Under the pieces are notes generated by a model, which saw only the letters and a program-made list of their open reading frames with translations, was not told the origin of the DNA and ran no database searches. From assembly GCA_964566495.1 (NCBI GenBank), contig CAZMIT010000037.1:1-14995 (forward strand): 14,995 bases of DNA, written 5' to 3'. Made by a program: the position numbers and the translations under genes. Shown here piece after piece: positions 7,361 through 13,450 of the stretch (its first letter is position 1; each line of letters opens with the position of its first letter). This stretch comes from an uncultured bacterium (lineage in GTDB: Bacteria; T1Sed10-126).

Positions 7361-8745
7361 GCTCGATAGAACTTAAACGCCTCCCTCAGGTGTGGTATTA
7401 GTTTGTCAGGTCCAACCAATTCAATATTTCCCTGTTCAGCATAGGTTTCAGCGCTGGGGCGAAAGCCGCGGGGTGAGACAAAAATTCCCTTGTCAAAACG
7501 TTTTTCAAGCATCTCAAGCTCGAATTCTTTTAAGGGCCACTCGGCAACTATCTGATTCCACCTCTTAAAAGTAACCAGAACCCGGTCCATCTTAAACATT
7601 TCTGTCTCGTCGTGCGCAACCACGTTAACCTCGTCCGAACCAAAAGAATCCGTGTTGATGACTTTATAGCCGAGACTACGGGTAATTGCTTCAGCCATTC
7701 TTGCAAAATCTTCTCTTTCCATAGCCATCAACTGCTCCAGAAAATCCTCTTCGTCCATCCTCTTGATCTCTTCCTCAAGAATCTTCTCAACGTTTTTGAA
7801 GTCCGGATTTTTATCATAGATAGTTTTGTAAAGGTCAAGCGCTTCCGAGTGCCGGTCTTCTTTTTCAAACAAAAGCGCCTTGCAGTAGAGAAAATTTAAC
7901 TCATATTTTTTAGGCAATTCGCCGGCTCGATAATACTCCTCGAGCTCTTCGATTAACTCCCTGGCCTCCTGAAGTCGGTCTCCATTCAGATCGATTCTAA
8001 TCATAGCGAGGACCGCCCGGGCAAAATAAACACTGTCACCTTTATCCCGAACCACACTGTAGAAACTCCGGGCGCCGGAGTAATCGTCTTTTTCTTCGGC
8101 TACCCGACCGGCTTCAAGTATAGCGTCAAGATCCCGGGGTGCAACCTCCATATAATCACGATAAGCGTCAAGAGCCCGGGAAAGGGAACCAAGCCGGTAA
8201 TAGCTGCGGGCCAGGTAGAGACAGGTTTTTGTAGGCGTATGATCAAATTTGTCACGCAGCGTCTGAAAGTCCTCCACCGCCCGCTCAAAACGATTGGCCC
8301 GGTAAAAAAAACGGCCGCGATCGAGGTAATGATCGGGATTATCAGGATCCAGATCCATCAACTGATCAGTAACCTCCACGGCCCGTCCAAGCTCATCCAC
8401 CTTGTCGTAGAGATTCTTTAAACGGCGCAATGCTTCGGATTCTGAGACGTTATAAGGCAGTGTGTCGTTTTCAAGACACATTTGGTATTGACGGGCCGCG
8501 CCCCGGTAATTGCGTGCCACCTCCAGCACCCGACCCAGCATCCAGCGCGCCTTAGGATTGGTTGGATTTAACTCAAGCACCTGGGAGAGCAGTGAAGTGG
8601 CTTCATCTTTTTCTCCTTCAGCCAGTTTTTCCTCCGCCTCTTCAATCAACTCGTCCTCACGGCTGAAAAATTGAGCTATTATCAGGGCAAATGCCCCAAC
8701 AATGATAATGATCAAAAATATCAGTAACAAACCGGGAAAGTCCAT
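7357..8745 (-). CDS. Membrane-anchored TPR protein with C-terminal Mrr-like (restriction endonuclease type IV fold) domain
   Basis: 462 aa. N-terminal hydrophobic anchor and multiple TPR-like units (e.g. VLELNPTNPKARWMLGRVL, LMDLDPDNPDHYLDRGRFF). C-terminal F..M....TRSLGYKV...VTFKRW...KGIFVSPRGFRPSAETYA...IELV follows the Mrr_cat pattern. ATGA overlap with secA at 7357-7360. Confidence 0.85.
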   Translation of the reverse strand: MDFPGLLLIFLIIIIVGAFALIIAQFFSREDELIEEAEEKLAEGEKDEATSLLSQVLELNPTNPKARWMLGRVLEVARNYRGAARQYQMCLENDTLPYNVSESEALRRLKNLYDKVDELGRAVEVTDQLMDLDPDNPDHYLDRGRFFYRANRFERAVEDFQTLRDKFDHTPTKTCLYLARSYYRLGSLSRALDAYRDYMEVAPRDLDAILEAGRVAEEKDDYSGARSFYSVVRDKGDSVYFARAVLAMIRIDLNGDRLQEARELIEELEEYYRAGELPKKYELNFLYCKALLFEKEDRHSEALDLYKTIYDKNPDFKNVEKILEEEIKRMDEEDFLEQLMAMEREDFARMAEAITRSLGYKVINTDSFGSDEVNVVAHDETEMFKMDRVLVTFKRWNQIVAEWPLKEFELEMLEKRFDKGIFVSPRGFRPSAETYAEQGNIELVGPDKLIPHLREAFKFYRA

Positions 8746-8819
8746 TTTTGCTGTCCCCGTTCTTAAAATTATGGTACTTGTTCAGCGTCGTCCTGAAAAA
8801 TATAACGTGTTCCGCCCGA

Positions 8820-8894
8820 CCGGGCAAGCGACCGAGCACGACCCGGAGTCCATGTTGAATTTGACGTCATTCCGGCCTCCGAGCCGGAATCCAT
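8820..8894 (+). repeat. Two tandem CGTC-type REP-like palindromes (one degenerate, one intact)
   Basis: Intact copy CGTC-ATTCCGGC-CTCCGA-GCCGGAAT-CCAT (8865-8894, 8-bp stem). Degenerate copy CCGGGC...GACCCGGAGTCCAT (8820-8853). Both have inverted counterparts at 9979-10037 and 10123-10147. Confidence 0.85.
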
Positions 8895-8901
8895 AGTTGA
8901 A

Positions 8902-9068
8902 CAGTAATCGGTAATCAGTCGCGGGGCGCGGAGCGCTTAGCGCTGAGCGTTAAATTCGGTATCAATTCTTATCATCTGCGACCAGGATTTTTTCTTTTGC
9001 CTTAACGCTCTTCGCCCTTTCGCTCGCTCGATATTTTGCGCCCTGCTCCCCGCCCCACGCTCCCCGCG
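8902..9068. repeat. Heptamer-periodic GC-rich repeats in mirrored (inverted) arrangement
   Basis: CAGTAAT CGGTAAT; GCGGGGC GCGGAGC GCTTAGC GCTGAGC GTTAA (8921-8953). Opposite arm TTAACGCTC (9002-9010) and GCCCTGC TCCCCGC CCCACGC TCCCCGC (ends 9067). Confidence 0.75.
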
Positions 9069-9106
9069 GTTAATAACAATCGAACTTCTGTCAGAACCTA
9101 CCAAAG

Positions 9107-9197
9107 CCCTCATCTTTTCTCCCCCTTGAGGGGGAGAAAATACAAAAGAGGGGGTGATTAAACGTCTTCCCCCCTCTCCCCCGGGAGGAGAGGGGAG
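9107..9197. repeat. Pair of C-run/G-run hairpins (REP-like doublet)
   Basis: TTTTCTCCCCC(9115-9125)-TTGA-GGGGGAGAAAA(9130-9140); CCCCTCTCC(9171-9179)/GGAGAGGGG(9187-9195). Confidence 0.8.
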
Positions 9198-9249
9198 CGT
9201 CGGGCGGTTCTTACGTGGGGTCGCTATACAGTTACAAATTATTTATAGT

Positions 9250-9260
9250 ATTTTAACACA
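9250..9260 (-). promoter_or_regulatory. Candidate extended -10 promoter facing the TPR-Mrr/secA operon
   Basis: Minus strand TGTG-T-TAAAAT in an AT-rich island; fits the TRTGnTATAAT consensus. Confidence 0.4.
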
Positions 9261-9331
9261 AATAAGAGAAGCTCGTAATTTATCCGGGACTTAACCCCTC
9301 AATTTCGCTCTCCCGGGGTTATGGTTACAGA

Positions 9332-9342
9332 TGTGGTATACT
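9332..9342 (+). promoter_or_regulatory. Candidate extended -10 promoter for the 9438-9812 gene
   Basis: TGTG-G-TATACT about 95 nt upstream of the ATG; near-consensus TRTGnTATAAT. Confidence 0.55.
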
Positions 9343-9437
9343 TTACCTCGGAGGTTGAAAGTTTGAAAATCTCCAGAAGGAGGTTCTGCTGAGAGTTTTA
9401 AGCAAAAGTAATTACAATTTTACGAGAGGTGGTATTT

Positions 9438-9812
9438 ATGGAAACAGCACTGGGACAAATAACAGCCTACATACTCTTTTTCACGGGGACATTTTTGCTT
9501 CTACGCTGCCGAGAGTTTTCAACCCTGGTGGAAGAGCTTTTTGAAATAAAGAGCCTCTTCTACGTCGTCTGTGGTCTTTACGCGAGCGCCGGATTAATCA
9601 TCATCAGCCTGCACAACGTCTGGGTTTATGACGACCGACTGCTGCTCACCCTTCTCGGCTGGGCTATCGCTCTCGAAGGAATGGCTTACTGTCTGCTTCC
9701 TTTCCCGCTCGTGCGCCGCTGGGCGCGTAAATTTTACCATCCAATCTGGTGGTTCCTGTGCGGCATCTGCGCGATTATCATAAGCCTGTTTTTACTTTCG
9801 GTCTTCGTCTGA
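9438..9812 (+). CDS. Small integral membrane protein (about 4 TM), unknown function
   Basis: ATG 9438 preceded by GAGGTGG SD (9426-9432); 124 aa; four hydrophobic segments; central GLIIISLHNVW...LLTLLGW...LEG...LLP motif. Confidence 0.85.
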   Translation: METALGQITAYILFFTGTFLLLRCREFSTLVEELFEIKSLFYVVCGLYASAGLIIISLHNVWVYDDRLLLTLLGWAIALEGMAYCLLPFPLVRRWARKFYHPIWWFLCGICAIIISLFLLSVFV

Positions 9813-9884
9813 GCCGGCACAAAACCTGCCGCCTTCCGTCATTGTGGGAACGAATAACGTCCCAGGACTTAACCCTCAATCTGC

Positions 9885-9947
9885 GTTTATAGTTTTCAGT
9901 TTCCAGTTTATAGTTTTCATTTTAAACCAATAACCCGTAACTGCAAC
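9885..9947. repeat. Heptamer array with mirrored partner arm
   Basis: GTTTATA GTTTTCA GTTTCCA GTTTATA GTTTTCA (9885-9919), followed by AAC at 9925, 9932, 9939 and 9945. Confidence 0.75.
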
Positions 9948-9978
9948 AAGTTTTTAAGTATTGAACGATAACCGTTTA

Positions 9979-10037
9979 AAATTCAAGATGGATTCCGGGT
10001 CTCCGCTTCGCTTCGCCCGGAATGACGTCAAGTTCAA
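9979..10037 (-). repeat. CGTC-type REP-like palindrome, inverted relative to 8820-8894
   Basis: Stem ATTCCGGG(9992-9999)/CCCGGAAT(10016-10023) followed by GACG. Reverse complement of 9979-10001 matches 8840-8862 at 21/23; reverse complement of 10017-10037 matches 8855-8875 at 20/21. Confidence 0.85.
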
Positions 10038-10073
10038 GAACATGAACAAGATTATGAGCACTTAATGAATTTG

Positions 10074-10115
10074 AATTAGCTTTTAGCTTTTGGCTTTTGG
10101 CTTTTAGCTTTAAGC
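10074..10115. repeat. Heptamer tandem array (TTTTRGC)x6
   Basis: AATTAGC TTTTAGC TTTTGGC TTTTGGC TTTTAGC TTTAAGC. Confidence 0.9.
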
Positions 10116-10122
10116 TGGTGTT

Positions 10123-10147
10123 TTCCGGCTCGGAGGCCGGAATGACG
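10123..10147 (-). repeat. CGTC-type REP-like palindrome, exact inverted copy of 8865-8889
   Basis: TTCCGGCTCGGAGGCCGGAATGACG is the exact 25-nt reverse complement of CGTCATTCCGGCCTCCGAGCCGGAA. Confidence 0.9.
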
Positions 10148-10252
10148 GCGGTCGTTTTTTGTTTATTCCAACAGAACTCTTTAATTTATCAAACTATAAA
10201 GTTAAAGTATATAGCTTGAATAAACTAAACTACATTTCAAGGGTGATTTATT

Positions 10253-11356
10253 ATGTGCATGGAGCAAAATGTTGATCGTGTTCACAACTTTTTCGCCGGC
10301 CCGGCTGTTCTGCCCGAACCGGTTATAAACGAGGTACAGCGGGAATTTGTCAACTTCAAGGACATGGGGGCTTCCGTGTTAGAAATAAGCCACCGTTCTG
10401 ACGAATGGGAGGAGACAGTTGCCAGCTGTGTTCAAAAAATACGAGACCTCCTCTCCGTTCCGGACAACTACCACGTCCTCTTCCTGCAGGGTGGTGCCAG
10501 CACCCAGTTTGGCATGGTACCGATGAATATTGCTCCTGGTGGCGGGCCGGTACAGCTTGTTCACACCGGACGCTGGTCGGAGAAAAAACTTACTGAGCTA
10601 AAAATACAGAACATTGACTACGATATAACTGCCTCCAGTGAAGAGACAAATTATGACCGTGTACCGGAATTTGATCCGAACAGCGTCGACCCGAATGCGG
10701 AGTATTTCCACATCTGTTCCAACGAAACGATCGGGGGCGTCCAATGGCATCAATACCCGGACACCGGGGATGTCCCCCTGGTCGCCGACATGTCCTCTGA
10801 CATCATGAGCCGACCGCTGGACGTTGAAAAATTCGGACTGATTTACGCCGGCGCCCAGAAGAACGTCGGCCCGGCCGGCACAACCCTGGTCATCATCCGC
10901 GATGACCTTGTCCAGCGCACACCGGACGATGTACCGACGATGCTGCGTTATGAGACCCACGTCAAGAAAGATTCCATGCACAACACGCCGCCCGTCTTCC
11001 CCATTTATGTCGTCGACAAGGTGATGGAATGGCTTCAGGAACAGGGAGGCGTCGAAGCTATGGCGGAGAAAAATGAGAAAAAAGCCGACCTCGTCTACGA
11101 CGTAATTGATGAGGACGATTTCTACCGAGGGGCCGCTCACCCGAACAGCCGTTCTAAAATTAACATTACCTTCCGTCTGCCCAGTGAAGAGCTGGAAGAA
11201 AAATTTGTTGCTGAAGCGGAAGCTGCGGAAATGATCGGTCTCAAAGGCCACCGCACAGTAGGCGGTTGCCGGGCCTCTATGTATAATAGCCTTCCCGTCG
11301 ACGCCGCCGAGACTCTGGCCGAGTTCATGCGCGATTTCAGAAATCAAAACGGCTAA
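10253..11356 (+). CDS. serC: Phosphoserine aminotransferase (PLP-dependent)
   Basis: RVHNFFAGPAVLP, SVLEISHRS, VLFLQGGASTQF, CSNETIGG, LVADMSS, YAGAQKNVGPAG (PLP lysine), NTPP, LKGHRTVGGCRASMYN. Start may be 10253 or 10259. Confidence 0.98.
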   Translation: MCMEQNVDRVHNFFAGPAVLPEPVINEVQREFVNFKDMGASVLEISHRSDEWEETVASCVQKIRDLLSVPDNYHVLFLQGGASTQFGMVPMNIAPGGGPVQLVHTGRWSEKKLTELKIQNIDYDITASSEETNYDRVPEFDPNSVDPNAEYFHICSNETIGGVQWHQYPDTGDVPLVADMSSDIMSRPLDVEKFGLIYAGAQKNVGPAGTTLVIIRDDLVQRTPDDVPTMLRYETHVKKDSMHNTPPVFPIYVVDKVMEWLQEQGGVEAMAEKNEKKADLVYDVIDEDDFYRGAAHPNSRSKINITFRLPSEELEEKFVAEAEAAEMIGLKGHRTVGGCRASMYNSLPVDAAETLAEFMRDFRNQNG

Positions 11357-11358
11357 CT

Positions 11359-12036
11359 TTGAAGGACAACGACAGGGACGAGGGCTCTACTGACCCCGGC
11401 GAACCAGAGCAGCCCGAGAAGCCGGGGGAACAACCCCCGGAGCAGCGGGTATTTGCCAACCGTCTGACGGTTACGTTAATTATTTTTGAACTTGCTGTTG
11501 GCATTATCGGTCTGATTGGCGGCCACTTATTCGGTGTCCAGTGGTCGTATTTCTTCCGTTTTGAAATGGAAGCTATCAGCCTGGGTGTTGTTACCGGTGC
11601 CGCTATTTTTGGCTTCAATGCCCTGGTGCTTTTCTCCTGGGTTGAACACAACCCCTTTTATCGCTGGGTATACGAGCCCTTCGCCCGGGCTCTGCTCAAA
11701 CCGCTCCAGATGCTCAGCATCGAGGACATTATCTTCATCTCAATCCTCTCGGGCGTGGCGGAGGAATTGCTCTTCCGCGGCTGGCTCCTCGCTTCGTTTG
11801 ACAACCACTGGGTAGGACTTGTAGTTTCCAGCGTCGTTTTTGGAGTGATCCACATCTGGAGCCGCCAGGGGATTGGTTACGGAGTCTATGCGACCGGGAT
11901 GGGATTTGTCCTGGGCTTACTATTTATTTTTACCGGAGTTATCTGGGCGCCTATCCTGGCTCATGGAGTTAACAATCTCTTCAGCATGATATCGATGAAA
12001 TATGGACTGACGCCTTCACCACCATCAAGTAAATAG
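11359..12036 (+). CDS. CPBP family intramembrane glutamic endopeptidase (CAAX protease type II/Abi)
   Basis: EELLFRG, FGVIH and HGVNN motifs; multiple TM segments. TTG start 2 nt after the serC stop (start uncertain); Pro/Glu-rich N-terminal tail. Confidence 0.92.
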   Translation: MKDNDRDEGSTDPGEPEQPEKPGEQPPEQRVFANRLTVTLIIFELAVGIIGLIGGHLFGVQWSYFFRFEMEAISLGVVTGAAIFGFNALVLFSWVEHNPFYRWVYEPFARALLKPLQMLSIEDIIFISILSGVAEELLFRGWLLASFDNHWVGLVVSSVVFGVIHIWSRQGIGYGVYATGMGFVLGLLFIFTGVIWAPILAHGVNNLFSMISMKYGLTPSPPSSK

Positions 12037-12101
12037 CGTTCTCCCCAGGTGAAGGCAGGTCTATTATAAAAAAGGGCGAAATAATCTATAATTAGTGTAT
12101 C

Positions 12102-12130
12102 TTGAATTAACCTGCTGTCATTTTTACATT
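12102..12130 (+). promoter_or_regulatory. Candidate sigma70 promoter for rpsT
   Basis: TTGAAT(12102-12107)-N17-TACATT(12125-12130); a further TATAAT at 12087-12092. Confidence 0.45.
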
Positions 12131-12148
12131 TAAGTGGAGGTGTATTTA

Positions 12149-12409
12149 ATGCCAACTTCAAAATCAGCGGAAAAACGTGTCCGCCAGAATGAAAAGAGAA
12201 GCCAGTATAACAAGCGCTACCGCACTACTGTTAAGGAAGCGCGGCGTGAGCTGGAAGAAGCTGTAGAAGAGGACGCCGGAGAAGAAAAAATTGACGAGCT
12301 GCGACGGGAAGCAATTGGTTGCGTTGACAAAGCAGCAAACAAAGGAGTTATTCACCGCAATAAAGCTGCCCGACTCAAGTCACAAATTGACAGCCTTGCC
12401 TCTCAGTAA
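12149..12409 (+). CDS. rpsT: 30S ribosomal protein S20
   Basis: ATG 12149 with GGAGGTG SD; MPTSKSAEKRVRQNEKR...DKAANKGVIHRNKAARLKS is the bS20 signature; 86 aa. Confidence 0.98.
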   Translation: MPTSKSAEKRVRQNEKRSQYNKRYRTTVKEARRELEEAVEEDAGEEKIDELRREAIGCVDKAANKGVIHRNKAARLKSQIDSLASQ

Positions 12410-13449
12410 CTCCTCAAGTGCCGATATTGCTCGGTAAGAAAGCGTGACAGTATAAGTTCCGCCTTATCAGTAGGACTGTATTTGATTGAACATGAGGTGC
12501 GATAGCAGTCTCGGAAAAAGTTTTGCGGGTAATGGTTGGTAATATTTTTAAGCGCCTGCCTGTATTGGGCTACTATACCTTTGGACGTCGGTATATTCAT
12601 ATCTTTCAGAATATCTTTCAGCTTCCGGCCTCGACGGTTCTCCCTGTGCAGGGTTCGTACTTTGCTCAAAAAGCTAAAGATTATAGAAAATATCTTGTAA
12701 GGATCCTCCCCCTCCCGCAGTAGATCCTGCAGAGCGACGAGTATCTCTTCAAGATCCCCGGTTGTAATTTTGGTCTTAAGTTCCTGGTAGGCATCGTCCG
12801 CCGTCTCGTCGCTTATCACCGCTTCAACATCCCCGATGCTGACCTTCTCCTGGTTGAGCTGAATCAGTTTGTCGGCTTCCAGTTGTGCCCGAGCCAGCTT
12901 TCCCTTCGTCTTTTCAAGCAGACGCTGAAGTGCCGAGGGCTCAATTTTGACCCCGGCCTCCTCCAGCCGGGTCCGGATCCGTCGACGCAGTGAATTTTCA
13001 AAAGGTTCCCAGAATACTATGACCCAGCCGGAAGCTGACTCAACAGCGGCGGCCAGCTTGCCCACTTTTCTTCCTTTTTTGTAGGGGTGGTCGGCGTCCT
13101 CCAGGATTAAGTGAGTATCAGGTTCAGGATCGGCAAGGAACTCCTCTATCGCCTCGTAATGTTTTTCAAGTCCCGTTTGACCGTTCTCTTTTCGCTCCAG
13201 CTGTTTCAACACCAGCCAGGTGGTTGAGTTAAACAAACCCGGCGAACGCAGTTCCGAGACTAACTCGTCCGGTTCTATTTCATCGGCGTAGATTTTAATT
13301 ATTTCTCTTTCCGGATCAGGAAAATCCGCCTCTAAATCTTCCAAAAATTCTGTCTTGAGCTGAGCTTCCGGACCACTGGCCAGGATAACAGGTGGGATTT
13401 CATCATAGCTCCCCCGGCGCCAGCTATCGTAGGCCTGTCCCAGTCCCAT
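12403..13449 (-). CDS. holA: DNA polymerase III subunit delta
   Basis: 348 aa. N-terminal P-V-I-L..G.E pattern, ELRSPGLF, A.V.IEPSALQRLLE...G.L....E.DKL, DVEAVI. Synteny lptE-holA and holA convergent with rpsT is a known arrangement. Confidence 0.85.
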   Translation of the reverse strand: MGLGQAYDSWRRGSYDEIPPVILASGPEAQLKTEFLEDLEADFPDPEREIIKIYADEIEPDELVSELRSPGLFNSTTWLVLKQLERKENGQTGLEKHYEAIEEFLADPEPDTHLILEDADHPYKKGRKVGKLAAAVESASGWVIVFWEPFENSLRRRIRTRLEEAGVKIEPSALQRLLEKTKGKLARAQLEADKLIQLNQEKVSIGDVEAVISDETADDAYQELKTKITTGDLEEILVALQDLLREGEDPYKIFSIIFSFLSKVRTLHRENRRGRKLKDILKDMNIPTSKGIVAQYRQALKNITNHYPQNFFRDCYRTSCSIKYSPTDKAELILSRFLTEQYRHLRSY

Positions 13450-13450
13450 C

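Larger units (their letters stand above)
9284..9880 (+). repeat. ~20-bp direct repeat flanking the small membrane-protein gene
   Basis: CCGGGACTTAACCCCTCAAT (9284-9303) and CCAGGACTTAACCC-TCAAT (9862-9880): one mismatch plus one indel. Confidence 0.75.

Noticed and set aside
9115..9140. Rho-independent terminator
   Set aside because: The U-run precedes rather than follows the stem on both strands, and it lies between divergent genes with no gene ending there.
9289..9325. Integron attC site (ACTTAAC fits RYYYAAC, with GTT downstream)
   Set aside because: The span is far shorter than a typical attC, there are no recognisable L boxes, the second ACTTAAC copy lacks a matching partner, and no integrase is present.
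8746..9437. tRNA, riboswitch or other known ncRNA in the long intergenic region
   Set aside because: No cloverleaf/T-loop motif or riboswitch consensus that I can recognise; the structure is accounted for by repeat families. An Rfam scan would be needed to exclude it fully.
10141..10165. Intrinsic terminator upstream of serC (AATGAC/GTCGTT stem followed by a T-run)
   Set aside because: The stem is short with a G-U pair and overlaps the REP-like palindrome; support is too weak to call.
7357..12036. Anti-phage defence island (Mrr-like domain plus 'Abi' CPBP protein)
   Set aside because: The Mrr-like domain appears catalytically degenerate and is embedded in the secA operon, CPBP proteases are common housekeeping membrane proteins, and no methylase or other defence genes are nearby.
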